In this document: positions 31,044 through 41,515 of the stretch, one piece after another
Position numbering within the stretch: position 1 is the stretch's first letter
Layout: each line of letters starts with the position of its first letter
Source of the DNA: a virus
Virus record (IMG/VR): IMGVR_UViG_3300020048_000024
Span: 64,001-128,000 of that record
Length of the DNA stretch: 64,000 nucleotides
Reading direction: 5' to 3' (one strand)
Program-made: the position numbers and the translations under genes
The notes under the pieces: model-generated
What the model was told of the DNA's origin: nothing
What the model saw: only the letters and a program-made list of their open reading frames with translations
Databases searched by the model: none

Positions 31044-33766
31044 TGAGTTATGTCGATTGTCTGCATGATCGTGATAAAGACGTTATTCATGTAGTAGAAC
31101 GAGTTGACGGGAAACGTATTTATAAAGAGTATCCAACGAACTACGTATTGTATTACGAAGATTCAAAAGGAAAATATCGTTCTGTATACGACGATTCTCT
31201 AAGCAAATTTTCTTGTAGAAAGCGAACTGAGTTTCAAAAAGAACTTAGAATGCACTCTAACAAGAAAATATTTGAAAGCGATGTTAATCCAGTTTTTCGT
31301 ATGCTATCAGATAATTATCTTGGCAAAGAAAGCCCTAAACTTCATACATGCTTTTTCGACATTGAAACCGACTTTGATCCACAAAAAGGTTTTGCACCAA
31401 CCACTGATCCATTTAATCCAGTTACCGCTATATCATTATATCTAGATTGGGCTCAGCAATTAGTTACTCTTTGTATTCCTCCTAGACACATGGATCCAGA
31501 AACTGCAACAGAGATAGCTAACTCGTTTGAAAACATATTTGTCTTTAACAACGAGACTGATATGTTCAATTTATTCTTTGAATTGATCGAAGATGCAGAT
31601 GTACTAACTGGCTGGAACTCAGCAGGCTATGACATTCCGTACATGGTTAATAGAGTTACTAGAGTAATGTCTAAAGACGATACTCGTAGATTCTGTTTAT
31701 GGAATCAATTACCAAAAGCTAGAACCTATGTAATGTTCGATCAAGAACAGGAAACATATGATCTAAGCGGTAGAATTCACATGGACTATCTAGAACTGTA
31801 CAAGAAATATAACTACGAATCACGACATAGTTATAAGTTAGATAGTATTGGTGAAATGGAAGTGGGTGAAAACAAAACTCAATACGAAGGATCACTTGAT
31901 CAACTATACAATAAAGATTGGCGTAAGTTTTTAGAATACAATCGTCAAGATACAATGTTGTTGTTTAAGATTCATGACAAATTAGAGTTTTTATATCTAG
32001 CTAACGATATTGCTCATCAGAATGGCGTATTGTTACCAACTGCCATGGGCAGTGTGGCTATGATTGATCAAGCAATTGTCAATGCAGCACATGCTCGTGG
32101 TTTTATAGTTCCATCAAAAACAAGAAGAGTAATGAATGATGAAGATGATGACGAAAAGGCAGCAGGTGCCTATGTTGCTGTGCCTAAGAAAGGAATCCAT
32201 GAATCGATCGGAGCAGTCGACCTTAAATCACTCTACCCGTCGAATATCCGTGCTCTTAACATGGCGCCAGAAACCATTATCGGCCAAATTAGACCACACA
32301 TGACCGACAAGTACATTTCTGACCGTATGGCTGATTCTGTATCGGCCAAAGGAAAGAAAATCAAAGGAATGAAATTCGCAGAAGCTTGGGACGGATTATT
32401 CGGAACTCTTGAATACACTGCTGTTATGAATCAAGAGCGTGGCACTATGCTAACTATTGATTGGGAACGTGGCGAGTCCGAAGAAGCAAGCGCGGCAGAA
32501 ATTTGGAAAATGATATTCGATTCTAATCAGCCATGGATGTTATCGGCTAATGGAACTATCTTTACTTATGAAAAAGAGGGTATTATTCCAGGATTGTTAA
32601 CTGAATGGTTCAATGAACGTATTGAGTTACAGAACCAAATGAAGTTAGCTGCTACTCCAGAAGAGCGAGAGTTTCTTGATAAACGTCAGTTAGTTAGAAA
32701 GATTCTACTGAACTCTGCGTACGGCGCTTTGTTGAATCAACACAGCAGATTCTATGACATACGATTAGGACAAAGCACTACACTTGGTGGTCGTTGTATT
32801 GTTAAGCATATGAGTGCTTTCTTAAACGAGGCAATTACTGGAGTGTCTGATCATAACGGAGATGCCATTATTTACGGTGACACTGACTCTTGTTATTTCT
32901 CAGCTTGGCCAACTTTGTCTAAAGATCCAGAGATGAAAGAACGCTGGAGCAAAGACATGGCGATTGAAGTATATGATGGTCTTAGTGAGCAGGTCAATGC
33001 ATCATTCCCTCAATTTATGGAATCATCATTTCATGTGCCACGTAAGAACGGCAAGATTATTGAATGTAGCAGAGAGTTAGTTGCTGATCGTGGTATCTTC
33101 ATGACTAAGAAACGCTATGCTGTAAATATCTACGACAAAGAAGGTAAACGTCTTGATGTGAACGGAAAGCGTGGTAAGATTAAAGCCATGGGTCTTGATT
33201 TGAAACGAGCAGATACTCCAAAGTATGTTCAGCAATTCTTGTCTAGAATTCTTGATCTTGTACTAGAAGGAACTAATCGTGACATTATCATTAAAGAGAT
33301 TAGAGATTTTAAACATCTTTTATCTAAAAATGATCCATGGACTAAAGGTAGACCAATGGGCGTCAAGAAAATAACTTACTACGCTGAATTACTAAAAAGA
33401 GAAGCACAATCTACCACTAGAAGAGTGACTAAGAAAGTAAGTCCGCCGGGTCATGTTAATGCTTCTATCAATTGGAATTTTCTACGTGAAATGAACGGAG
33501 ACAAGTATTCACAAAAAATCGTGGATGGAATGAAGATTGTGGTTTGTCAACTTAGAGATAATCCACTTCAAATGACTTCTGTTGCTTATCCAGTAGATCA
33601 GCTAAGATTGCCAACTTGGTTTAAAGATTTGCCATTTGATGAAGCGGCAATGATGCAATCGTTGGTTAATGATAAGATTGAGAATCTGATTGGAGTTCTT
33701 AACTGGGACGTAGAAGCAGATAGTAATATTAACAGCACATTCTCTTCGCTGTTCTCATTCAGTTAA
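31043..33766 (+). CDS. Family B DNA polymerase
   Basis: DIETD ExoI, DLKSLYPS, KILLNSAYG, YGDTDS, KKRY. Confidence 0.97.
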   Translation: MSYVDCLHDRDKDVIHVVERVDGKRIYKEYPTNYVLYYEDSKGKYRSVYDDSLSKFSCRKRTEFQKELRMHSNKKIFESDVNPVFRMLSDNYLGKESPKLHTCFFDIETDFDPQKGFAPTTDPFNPVTAISLYLDWAQQLVTLCIPPRHMDPETATEIANSFENIFVFNNETDMFNLFFELIEDADVLTGWNSAGYDIPYMVNRVTRVMSKDDTRRFCLWNQLPKARTYVMFDQEQETYDLSGRIHMDYLELYKKYNYESRHSYKLDSIGEMEVGENKTQYEGSLDQLYNKDWRKFLEYNRQDTMLLFKIHDKLEFLYLANDIAHQNGVLLPTAMGSVAMIDQAIVNAAHARGFIVPSKTRRVMNDEDDDEKAAGAYVAVPKKGIHESIGAVDLKSLYPSNIRALNMAPETIIGQIRPHMTDKYISDRMADSVSAKGKKIKGMKFAEAWDGLFGTLEYTAVMNQERGTMLTIDWERGESEEASAAEIWKMIFDSNQPWMLSANGTIFTYEKEGIIPGLLTEWFNERIELQNQMKLAATPEEREFLDKRQLVRKILLNSAYGALLNQHSRFYDIRLGQSTTLGGRCIVKHMSAFLNEAITGVSDHNGDAIIYGDTDSCYFSAWPTLSKDPEMKERWSKDMAIEVYDGLSEQVNASFPQFMESSFHVPRKNGKIIECSRELVADRGIFMTKKRYAVNIYDKEGKRLDVNGKRGKIKAMGLDLKRADTPKYVQQFLSRILDLVLEGTNRDIIIKEIRDFKHLLSKNDPWTKGRPMGVKKITYYAELLKREAQSTTRRVTKKVSPPGHVNASINWNFLREMNGDKYSQKIVDGMKIVVCQLRDNPLQMTSVAYPVDQLRLPTWFKDLPFDEAAMMQSLVNDKIENLIGVLNWDVEADSNINSTFSSLFSFS

Positions 33767-33829
33767 TGTGTCCAATAGCATTGACTTAACTCAATCATTG
33801 TAGTATTATAACTTATATAAAGGAAAAAC

Positions 33830-34561
33830 ATGAAAGATAATTTAAATGACATTATTAGTCATACTTCTCAATTGGGATTTATTGATCTAATCAAAGTCGT
33901 TGGAACTGATAAACAAACTGTAATTGCAGCTTTGGCAGAAGATAGATCAGTGATTGTAAGTGGAAAATTTAAAGTTCCGATGTTAGAATTTGTCGGAACA
34001 TTCGGAATGCCAAACTTGTCTAAACTTAAAACCATTCTTGGATTCGATGAGTATGACGAACACGCCACTCTCAGAGTCATTAGCGATAATCCAGAATATC
34101 CAGGTGTTCCGACCGCAATTCACTTTGAAACAAAGACTGGAGATTTTGTCAATGATTATAGATTAATGACACAAAGCATCATCGAGGCCAAATCACCGGC
34201 AGTTTCGTTTGCTGGAGCAACATGGAATATCAAGTTTGAACCTAAGATTGCTAGTATTCAGAGATTACATAAGCAATTCAGTGCCAACAATGAATCCACC
34301 ACGTTTGTTACAAAAATGGACGGAACTGATCTTAGAATTCATTTCGGTGACATAAGTAGTCATAGTGCTAACTTTGTCTTTGAAAGCAATGTAACCGGAA
34401 CACTATCTAGATCATGGGCATGGCCTACAAAACAGTTTATCAGTGTTATGCAATGTGTTGGAGATAAAAAGATTTATATCTCTGATCAGGGCGCAATGAA
34501 AATCACTGTTGATAGTGGAATTGCTGAGTATGAATATTTGTTCCCAGCACAACAGCCATAA
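33830..34561 (+). CDS. Putative sliding clamp (gp45-like)
   Basis: 243 aa, alpha/beta pattern, FG..NL..L and terminal Y.Y.FPA; next to the polymerase. Confidence 0.55.
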   Translation: MKDNLNDIISHTSQLGFIDLIKVVGTDKQTVIAALAEDRSVIVSGKFKVPMLEFVGTFGMPNLSKLKTILGFDEYDEHATLRVISDNPEYPGVPTAIHFETKTGDFVNDYRLMTQSIIEAKSPAVSFAGATWNIKFEPKIASIQRLHKQFSANNESTTFVTKMDGTDLRIHFGDISSHSANFVFESNVTGTLSRSWAWPTKQFISVMQCVGDKKIYISDQGAMKITVDSGIAEYEYLFPAQQP

Positions 34562-34563
34562 CT

Positions 34564-34911
34564 ATGATTCAGAGCATAATCGGGACAAACGATGTTCATG
34601 TGCTTAATAGCTGCTCTGGACCATACATTAGTGGTAATATTTCTGATCTGGGACCAGGAACGATAGGCGAACTCAGATTGATGGGCAATACTACGTATGT
34701 GTGGGTCAATGGCTATTGGACTCCCGTATTCAGCGTCTCATCAACCATTGAACTTTCTCCAGAAATTCAAAGCGTACTTTGCTGGGCTAGAATAGCAATG
34801 AAACGCGAGGAAGAATTAGACAAGCTGATTCAAGAATACCCAGCAGTAAAAACAGCCAAAGAGACTTTAGATATCGTGGTTGCTCTTACTAAAGATCATA
34901 GCAAGGGCTAA
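34564..34911 (+). CDS. Hypothetical protein
   Basis: ORF in operon. Confidence 0.7.
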   Translation: MIQSIIGTNDVHVLNSCSGPYISGNISDLGPGTIGELRLMGNTTYVWVNGYWTPVFSVSSTIELSPEIQSVLCWARIAMKREEELDKLIQEYPAVKTAKETLDIVVALTKDHSKG

Positions 34912-34912
34912 A

Positions 34913-35257
34913 ATGGATCAGCACGAATATGCCATATTTGAGCGCAGAGTTAAAGCGGTCAACACAGCGACCAGAATGTGTTGGATTCCAGTGGATTTCA
35001 AAACATATACGATCAACGTTGGCATTCAAATAAAGAATGAGCAAGACGTAGAAAATCTAAGTATGTTGGACTTGTCCAAATCACTTGACAATATTAGTCA
35101 AAATGTAGTACAATATAACATACTTGAACTAATAATGATTAGCGACAAACTTTACGGTGAAATCGTTAATTATTATACTACTCACAATGTCAATATCGAG
35201 ATTGTGAATTTAAATCAACCGGTACTAAGTACCAATTATCTTAACCCGCCATTATAG
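34913..35257 (+). CDS. Hypothetical protein
   Basis: ORF in operon; start reassigned. Confidence 0.55.
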   Translation: MDQHEYAIFERRVKAVNTATRMCWIPVDFKTYTINVGIQIKNEQDVENLSMLDLSKSLDNISQNVVQYNILELIMISDKLYGEIVNYYTTHNVNIEIVNLNQPVLSTNYLNPPL

Positions 35258-35266
35258 GAGCTTATC

Positions 35267-35497
35267 ATGGCTAAAGTACAAATTCAATCAAACCCTCGTG
35301 TCAATCAAATTTTTGATGATTTGGAAAAATTCAAAGACTTTTGTATCAATTATGGATACAAATTTGACGAATCGTGTTTGTATAATATGCGTAATTATGC
35401 ATATCAACAATACAGTAAGTGTATCGCACACAAAAATTTCAAAGATCAATGGGCAGAAGACGGTAAACGTTTTGCTCTGATTGCTGAACGGTATTAA
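35267..35497 (+). CDS. Hypothetical phage protein
   Basis: GGAG RBS. Confidence 0.75.
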   Translation: MAKVQIQSNPRVNQIFDDLEKFKDFCINYGYKFDESCLYNMRNYAYQQYSKCIAHKNFKDQWAEDGKRFALIAERY

Positions 35498-35499
35498 TC

Positions 35500-35652
35500 A
35501 TGAAATCGTTGATTAGTCTTCTGTTACTTATAGCTTGGGTTGGCGGTATTATTATTGCTAAAGGATTCTGGTCAACTTTTTTCGCGGTTGTGTTCCCAGT
35601 ATGGGGATACTACCTTTTTATTGAGCAATTTATAATTAAGTATCTATTATGA
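35500..35652 (+). CDS. Small membrane protein (50 aa, not in ORF track)
   Basis: Two hydrophobic segments; ATGA overlap with uvsE. Confidence 0.6.
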   Translation: MKSLISLLLLIAWVGGIIIAKGFWSTFFAVVFPVWGYYLFIEQFIIKYLL

Positions 35653-36674
35653 ACAAAATTGGATTTGCTTGTAAATGGATTGATAATCCAAATCAAGTTG
35701 ATGGCATCAAACCTAAAGATGATGCTAGAAAATATACAACTGGCACAACAACAATTGCATGGCTTGCCAGACAAACTCGTGATGTGGCAGAACAAAAACT
35801 GTGGGACTTGATGGTTCAAAACATCGAGGCAACACGCAAACTTGTAGTAAAGGTAGGAAATTTAGATGAACACTTACGTATGGTACGGCTTAGCAGCGAT
35901 ATCTTACCTGTTTACACTCATCACGATTGGAAGTATTTTTGGCACCGAAGTGATGTGTTATCGTATTGCGAACAACACTTCAGAGAGATTGGAAGGATTG
36001 GGAGGGATCGCAATGTCCGCCTTAGTTTTCATCCTGGTCAATTTTGTGTGCTGGCAAGTGCTAGTGACAATATTATAGAAAACTCAATAGAGGAATTTGA
36101 ATATCATGCAGACATGGCTAGATGGATGGGCTACGGTCAACAGTTCCAAGACTTCAAAATCAACGTTCACATCAGTGGCAAACGCGGACCGCAAGGTATC
36201 CGTGAAGTATTGGGCAGACTGTCACCAGAAGCCCGTAACTGTATCACTATCGAAAACGAAGAAAATTCATGGGGATTAGATGATTGTCTTACTATTAGCG
36301 ATATTGTTCCTATTGTGCTTGATATTCACCATAATTGGATACATACAGGTACATACATCGATTCAAACGATGTACGTGTTACTAGGGTTATGGATAGCTG
36401 GCGCGGTGTGCGCCCTACTTGTCATTATTCAGTCAGTCGCGAAGATGTTCTCGTAAAGCATTGTGTCAATACGTTACCTGATCGTAATCTGTTAGTTGAG
36501 AATAAAATCAACAAGCAAAAATTACGCGCTCATAGTGATTTTTATTGGAATCATGCTTGTAGTGATTGGGCATTATCATTCAATGATAACTTTGATATCA
36601 TGATGGAGTCAAAAGGAAAAAATCTTGCATCATTCGAGGTATATGAATATGCTAAACAGAAAGGGATTTTTTAA
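35649..36674 (+). CDS. uvsE: UV-damage endonuclease
   Basis: IGFAC, RLSSD, SFHPGQF, IENEE, LDIHH, HSD, MESK.K. Confidence 0.92.
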   Translation: MNKIGFACKWIDNPNQVDGIKPKDDARKYTTGTTTIAWLARQTRDVAEQKLWDLMVQNIEATRKLVVKVGNLDEHLRMVRLSSDILPVYTHHDWKYFWHRSDVLSYCEQHFREIGRIGRDRNVRLSFHPGQFCVLASASDNIIENSIEEFEYHADMARWMGYGQQFQDFKINVHISGKRGPQGIREVLGRLSPEARNCITIENEENSWGLDDCLTISDIVPIVLDIHHNWIHTGTYIDSNDVRVTRVMDSWRGVRPTCHYSVSREDVLVKHCVNTLPDRNLLVENKINKQKLRAHSDFYWNHACSDWALSFNDNFDIMMESKGKNLASFEVYEYAKQKGIF

Positions 36675-37254
36675 TACTCCAATAACGTAACATTGCCTGT
36701 CGTTTCTTTTCAAGAGCTTCGGGCGTATGTTTTCTTCCCTTATTAGATTTTCCGACTGCGGCAGTTATTAAACGACGATCATCATTAGTTGACCAGTTTT
36801 CTTTAATAGCAGACGTAAGTGATGATTGATGCTCTTCACTGCGAGTCTTGGATAAACCTTTAGTAGAGATACTGAGATTTTTTCTATGTTCTTCAGTTCT
36901 AGGAGGTTTTTTTCTTCCTACTTGAGATGCTCTCAATTTTTTCTTGGTATCATTCGAATGAGATCCGCCACCGCCAGTCTCGGGGATTCTGTTAGCCCAA
37001 ATTTTGCTACCAAAATCATCAACCGCAGTTACTATATTAAATAGGCGACTATAGTATCTACCCCAATGGTTTCTTTGTTCTTTGTATTCAGTCTGTAGTA
37101 ATATTTCTGTATCTAAATCATTTCCGAAAAGTTTTAGATGCTGTTTCCAATCTATTCCGGACCCTTTGTATTTAAATGGGTCTTTAGATGTCTGACCAAG
37201 ATATTTGAGACCTGTCTTTTTATGAGTCTTGATGTAGAGATAATAAATAATCAT
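36652..37254 (-). mobile_element. Free-standing GIY-YIG-like homing endonuclease with NUMOD3-type C-terminus
   Basis: YLYIKTH..TGLKYLGQT, Y.GSG, HS.DTK.KL, GRKHTPE; convergent overlap with uvsE. Confidence 0.8.
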
Positions 37255-37323
37255 GCTGATGCTCCTTGAAAGCGTTAGTGTAGTTGGAATTGTCTAGATT
37301 CGCGAACTACGTGTTTATTTATC
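37255..37323 (-). promoter_or_regulatory. Late promoter plus structured leader of the endonuclease gene
   Basis: ATAAATA, then a GTAGTT...AACTAC stem and a GCTT..GAGC hairpin over AAGGAG. Confidence 0.6.
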
Positions 37324-37343
37324 GAAAAACTTAAAATAATTAT

Positions 37344-37598
37344 ATGAACGAACTAAAAAAGTCTGATCTTAATTTGCCTATTAGTCCATTCTTAGATAAT
37401 GCTACTAATTGGTATCTTAGTACTCATACTAATCCTTACGATGATCATGACTTTCTTTATTCTAAATATCAAGATTGGATGAGTGAACAAGGAGTTGTCA
37501 TTAAGAATCGTGGTCTGAGAAGTACAGATGATGGACGATTTTTAAATTTTGTAGACGAGCAATCAATGATTATCTTCATTTTACGATGGGGAAATTAG
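37344..37598 (+). CDS. LRW-tail family small protein
   Basis: Ends FVDEQSMIIFILRWGN. Confidence 0.7.
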   Translation: MNELKKSDLNLPISPFLDNATNWYLSTHTNPYDDHDFLYSKYQDWMSEQGVVIKNRGLRSTDDGRFLNFVDEQSMIIFILRWGN

Positions 37599-37609
37599 GC
37601 AAATAGAAC

Positions 37610-38443
37610 ATTTGTCTATAAATATAATCATGAAAAATATTATTATACTGTCTCAACCTAGAACAGGTAGCAACTTATTGTGTGAACTGTTGTTTTCTTA
37701 TGGTTCGTTTAGAATTCTAAACGAACTTTTTATTCGCTTTCACGATATCAATGATGTTCCTCATACTAAATCATTAAGAGAACACGAAATTACGGCGTTA
37801 ATTGATCATTTTAAATTAAAAGATCGAAGTCTGACATCTTTGATAGAAACATTAAATAATAATCCCAGAGAGACATCAGAGATATTATCTCAAATAATTC
37901 CTCAATATAAAATTATTAAAATTCATGACTTTATGTTAAAGGATTTTGAACTAGATTTTATATTTGATGATCCAGAGACAAAATTTATTGTCTTAGAACG
38001 AGAGTCAAAAATATCTCAGTATGTAAGTCGGATTGTTGCGGATAAATTAGTTAAATGGACTCGTGTAGATACAAGTGACATCAAAGTACACGTTGATCCT
38101 GATAAATTTTTAAAGTTTAAAGAAGAATCTATAGATTGGTATAAAACCATTGAAACTAGATTAATCAACAACGGATATAATTATCTTAAACTAAGTTATG
38201 AGAGTGATCTTGAACATATTGATTACGATGTGTTACTTCCAAAAATAAACAACTGGCTAGATCAAAACCAGATATCTTACCATAATAATGGATATAAAAT
38301 AAAGCATCATGTTAAACAAAATCGATCTACTCTAGAACACGTAATAGAAAATTTTAGTGAGATTAAGAGTCTTATATCTTAACTAAATGTCATTCTCAAA
38401 CAAAAATAGATAAAGATAATATTTGTCTATAAATATAATCATG
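37610..38443 (+). repeat. 23-bp exact direct repeat (late promoter plus ATG) at 37610-37632 and 38421-38443
   Basis: ATTTGTCTATAAATATAATCATG occurs twice. Confidence 0.9.
37630..38382 (+). CDS. Stf0-like sulfotransferase
   Basis: PRTGS PAPS-binding loop, NELF, KIH, LER..K..QYVS, SYE. Confidence 0.75.
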   Translation: MKNIIILSQPRTGSNLLCELLFSYGSFRILNELFIRFHDINDVPHTKSLREHEITALIDHFKLKDRSLTSLIETLNNNPRETSEILSQIIPQYKIIKIHDFMLKDFELDFIFDDPETKFIVLERESKISQYVSRIVADKLVKWTRVDTSDIKVHVDPDKFLKFKEESIDWYKTIETRLINNGYNYLKLSYESDLEHIDYDVLLPKINNWLDQNQISYHNNGYKIKHHVKQNRSTLEHVIENFSEIKSLIS

Positions 38444-38908
38444 TTAAATAAACTTAAAAATCTATTCAAAAAGTCAGTTCCAGAAGCAGTGATAGAACCC
38501 GTTTTAGTCACGCCCAAAGAAAAGAAACCTAGAAAACCCAGAAAACCTAAAGAAATTGCTGTTCCAGTAAAAACAGAAAAGGAATTGGCCACTGAAATGG
38601 GTGAACCATATATATCTATTCTAAAAATAGAAGTGGATCCAAATAATATCAATGCTGGATCATTTGAATTAGATTGGAATTCTAAGTTTGTGGCCAACTT
38701 AGCTCGTGCCGGTTATCAAATGAAACCGGGCGAAACTGAAGATGTTATAGTTGATCGATGGTTCAAAGATGTTTGTCGTAATATCGTACTAGAAATGTAC
38801 GAACAAGAGCAAGCAGATCCAGAAAATAGAGAAGTGGATTTACTCAGAGAAGAGTTGCGCCATATTCGCTCTAAAGATATTGGAAACGGCCGAACAGAAG
38901 TCAGCTAA
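38441..38908 (+). CDS. Hypothetical phage protein
   Basis: Late box 5 nt upstream of the ATG; GSFELDWN..F. Confidence 0.75.
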   Translation: MLNKLKNLFKKSVPEAVIEPVLVTPKEKKPRKPRKPKEIAVPVKTEKELATEMGEPYISILKIEVDPNNINAGSFELDWNSKFVANLARAGYQMKPGETEDVIVDRWFKDVCRNIVLEMYEQEQADPENREVDLLREELRHIRSKDIGNGRTEVS

Positions 38909-38988
38909 CACAGACTTATCCAAATTCATTGACAATAATGCTCTTTTATCTTATAATATACGTATATTATAGATAAATAAGAGCCACA

Positions 38989-40014
38989 ATGAAATATATT
39001 TTGATCGATACTGCTAATTTGTTCTTCAAATCACGTCACTTTGCCAGTCGAGGAAGTGATGATTGGGAAAAAATTGGAATGGCCTTACATCTTACACTTT
39101 CTGGTGTTCAAAGCATAGTCAGACGTTTTATTGGATCTGAGTCTTGTCACGTTATTTTTGCACTAGAGGGTCGTTCATGGCGTAAAGACTTTTACAAGCC
39201 ATATAAAGCTAATCGTGCTGTTAAGCGTGCAGCTCTGACAGAAAAAGAAGTAGAACAGGATCAAATGTTCTGGGATACCTATGATACATTTACCAAATTT
39301 CTTGATGAAAAAACAAACGTATCAGTATTACGATGCCCTACTGCCGAGGCAGATGACATTATTGCACGATTTGTTCAAACTCATTCAGAAGATGAGCATT
39401 TCATTATTAGCAGCGATGGTGACTTTGCTCAACTGATTGCTCCTAATGTCAAACAATATAATTCAATGTCTGGTCATCTGATCACGCTTGAAGGATTCTA
39501 TGATGACAAGGGTAAAGAAGTTAAAGATAAGAAAACCAAAGAGCATAAGAAACTAGAAGAACCACAGTATTTACTTTTTGAAAAGTGTATGCGTGGCGAC
39601 ACTAGTGATAATGTATTCTCTGCTTATCCGGGAGTTAGAACCAAAGGCACAAAGAAATCTATCGGACTAATCGATGCCTATGCTGATCGAGAGCGTAAAG
39701 GATTCAACTGGAATAATATGATGCTACAGCGTTGGGTTGATCACAATGGAGTTGAGCATCGTGTAACAGATGACTATCAACGTAACGTTACGTTATGTGA
39801 TCTTACTGCTCAACCACAAGAAATTAAAGATGCGGTCGATCAATGTATTCAGGATCAAATCAGAGTAGTTCCCAAGACTGGAGTTGGAATGAACTTGATG
39901 AAATTCGTAGCAAAATACGAATTGACTAAAATCAGTGAGCAGGTCGAACAGTATGCTAAGTGGATGAATTCCACATATGATGGCCCACTTAAGGAAAAAA
40001 CGAATGAGCAATAA
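38989..40014 (+). CDS. T4-type RNase H / 5'-3' exonuclease
   Basis: ILID..N, WRK..Y..YK.NR, EADD, SSDGDF.Q, GDTSDN. Confidence 0.92.
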   Translation: MKYILIDTANLFFKSRHFASRGSDDWEKIGMALHLTLSGVQSIVRRFIGSESCHVIFALEGRSWRKDFYKPYKANRAVKRAALTEKEVEQDQMFWDTYDTFTKFLDEKTNVSVLRCPTAEADDIIARFVQTHSEDEHFIISSDGDFAQLIAPNVKQYNSMSGHLITLEGFYDDKGKEVKDKKTKEHKKLEEPQYLLFEKCMRGDTSDNVFSAYPGVRTKGTKKSIGLIDAYADRERKGFNWNNMMLQRWVDHNGVEHRVTDDYQRNVTLCDLTAQPQEIKDAVDQCIQDQIRVVPKTGVGMNLMKFVAKYELTKISEQVEQYAKWMNSTYDGPLKEKTNEQ

Positions 40015-40026
40015 TAGGAAACTATC

Positions 40027-40419
40027 TTGATTAATTTTAAGTCAACTAGTTCTAAATATAATCCTAGAATTCCTCTAAAATCGGATCGTCCTAGATGTGA
40101 ACATTCTAGTTGTAACGAAGCAAAAGTTATCTCTCACACATACAAGGATGGTAGTCCATCATATAGTCGATGGTGTCGATCACATTTTAACGAACGATAT
40201 TACAATGGTAAATCAGCAGTTAGAATTACAGCAGAAAAACTAGGACTACGCCCATCTGCTTATGTCGAACGAGCTGCCATCATTAGAGGATTTTCTTCTA
40301 ATGATGAATATACAAAATGGCGAAAACAAAATCCTTTGCCAAGTAGAGCAATTATCAATGAATCAACATCGATATTTCAGAAAATCAAATCTAGATCAAA
40401 ACTTAAGGAAACAGAATGA
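40027..40419 (+). CDS. Hypothetical Cys/His protein
   Basis: C..C...C..H; TTG start uncertain. Confidence 0.5.
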   Translation: MINFKSTSSKYNPRIPLKSDRPRCEHSSCNEAKVISHTYKDGSPSYSRWCRSHFNERYYNGKSAVRITAEKLGLRPSAYVERAAIIRGFSSNDEYTKWRKQNPLPSRAIINESTSIFQKIKSRSKLKETE

Positions 40420-40571
40420 GTGACAAAGAAGAAATTGAATTAGAATTCACAGATGAAGAGCTATTAACATACATGAAAATGGCTCATAAATTGGATATTA
40501 CATTCAATGAGCTTATTGAACGAGCGATAAAATCAATGATTGAAAATTATAGACCAGAGGACAAATCATGA
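40416..40571 (+). CDS. Small putative ribbon-helix-helix-like protein (not in ORF track)
   Basis: AAGGA RBS; MAHKLDITFNELIERAI. Confidence 0.6.
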   Translation: MSDKEEIELEFTDEELLTYMKMAHKLDITFNELIERAIKSMIENYRPEDKS

Positions 40572-41014
40572 ATCTAATAGCAAAAACAATTGTAAAGAAT
40601 CAGCTTTGGGTCATTACAGATGGAAATCGTAAGATCGGTAACGTTGAGGCAGATCAAACTGGTTATAGTATTAAGATCGGTGGCGACACTCGACACTATG
40701 CTGATACAAAATCAATCGAACAGATTTTTAAGGTAGAATTTGATAAACCAAAAAAGCTTGCCCAGATAGAAGAACTACCATACGCCGTTTGGCCCACTGA
40801 AGGTAAAACATATAACAATTTTTATGATGTAAAGCGTAAGTTACATGTTTACACACAATCACCAACTAGTTTATGCTATCACTGTGCTGGATATTTTCGT
40901 ATCAACATGAACGGAACGTGGGAAACTATTTTTTGCCCGAAGTATATTTTTGTTCAACGATACGAATATCTTGGCCCATTTAATTCTAGTAGTGATGCTG
41001 ATCTAGCTAAATAG
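40568..41014 (+). CDS. Hypothetical phage protein
   Basis: GAGG RBS. Confidence 0.75.
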   Translation: MNLIAKTIVKNQLWVITDGNRKIGNVEADQTGYSIKIGGDTRHYADTKSIEQIFKVEFDKPKKLAQIEELPYAVWPTEGKTYNNFYDVKRKLHVYTQSPTSLCYHCAGYFRINMNGTWETIFCPKYIFVQRYEYLGPFNSSSDADLAK

Positions 41015-41021
41015 TACTACT

Positions 41022-41216
41022 ATGATTAATATAAAACGCTTTATAGATCGAGTTAGTAGCATGGATCAAAGTCCGGGTAAAAATCTTGTCTTGCCAGCTC
41101 AAGAGGCGAGACTCTTAAGAGACGAGATTGTTAAGTTGCTAGCTGATAAGGTAGAATCTTATCAAAATGCTCCTCAAGAGGTAATTCAGATTGAGCTAGC
41201 AGGCGGTAAGTTTTAA
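41022..41216 (+). CDS. Hypothetical protein
   Basis: CTAAATA upstream; ends GGKF. Confidence 0.7.
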   Translation: MINIKRFIDRVSSMDQSPGKNLVLPAQEARLLRDEIVKLLADKVESYQNAPQEVIQIELAGGKF

Positions 41217-41506
41217 TGTCGAGAAATCAACCAAAAGTTCTATTAGAGATAGTAGATAAGCAAACATACAAAATTGATCAAGTTATTGAGGCTAATGGTA
41301 TTTGGGCTGTATTCTATAGTGATCAGCCAATTAATCTTAAAAATCAACACTACTTGGACAGTAATTCAGTTCCAAAGTATAAGAAGACTAGTTTTTCAAA
41401 TCCAGGACACGCTAGAAACTTATGTAGAAAATTGAATAGTCAATTCAAGACTGATAAGTTTGGAGTGGTATTCTTGAATCAGGGTCAAAAGGTTTATCCA
41501 GATTGA
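41216..41506 (+). CDS. Hypothetical phage protein
   Basis: PKYKKTSFSNPGHA; TAATG coupling. Confidence 0.75.
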   Translation: MSRNQPKVLLEIVDKQTYKIDQVIEANGIWAVFYSDQPINLKNQHYLDSNSVPKYKKTSFSNPGHARNLCRKLNSQFKTDKFGVVFLNQGQKVYPD

Positions 41507-41515
41507 AATACAATC

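Noticed and set aside
31043-33766. Intein or intron in the DNA polymerase
   Set aside because: Length and motif spacing are ordinary; no splice-junction motifs seen
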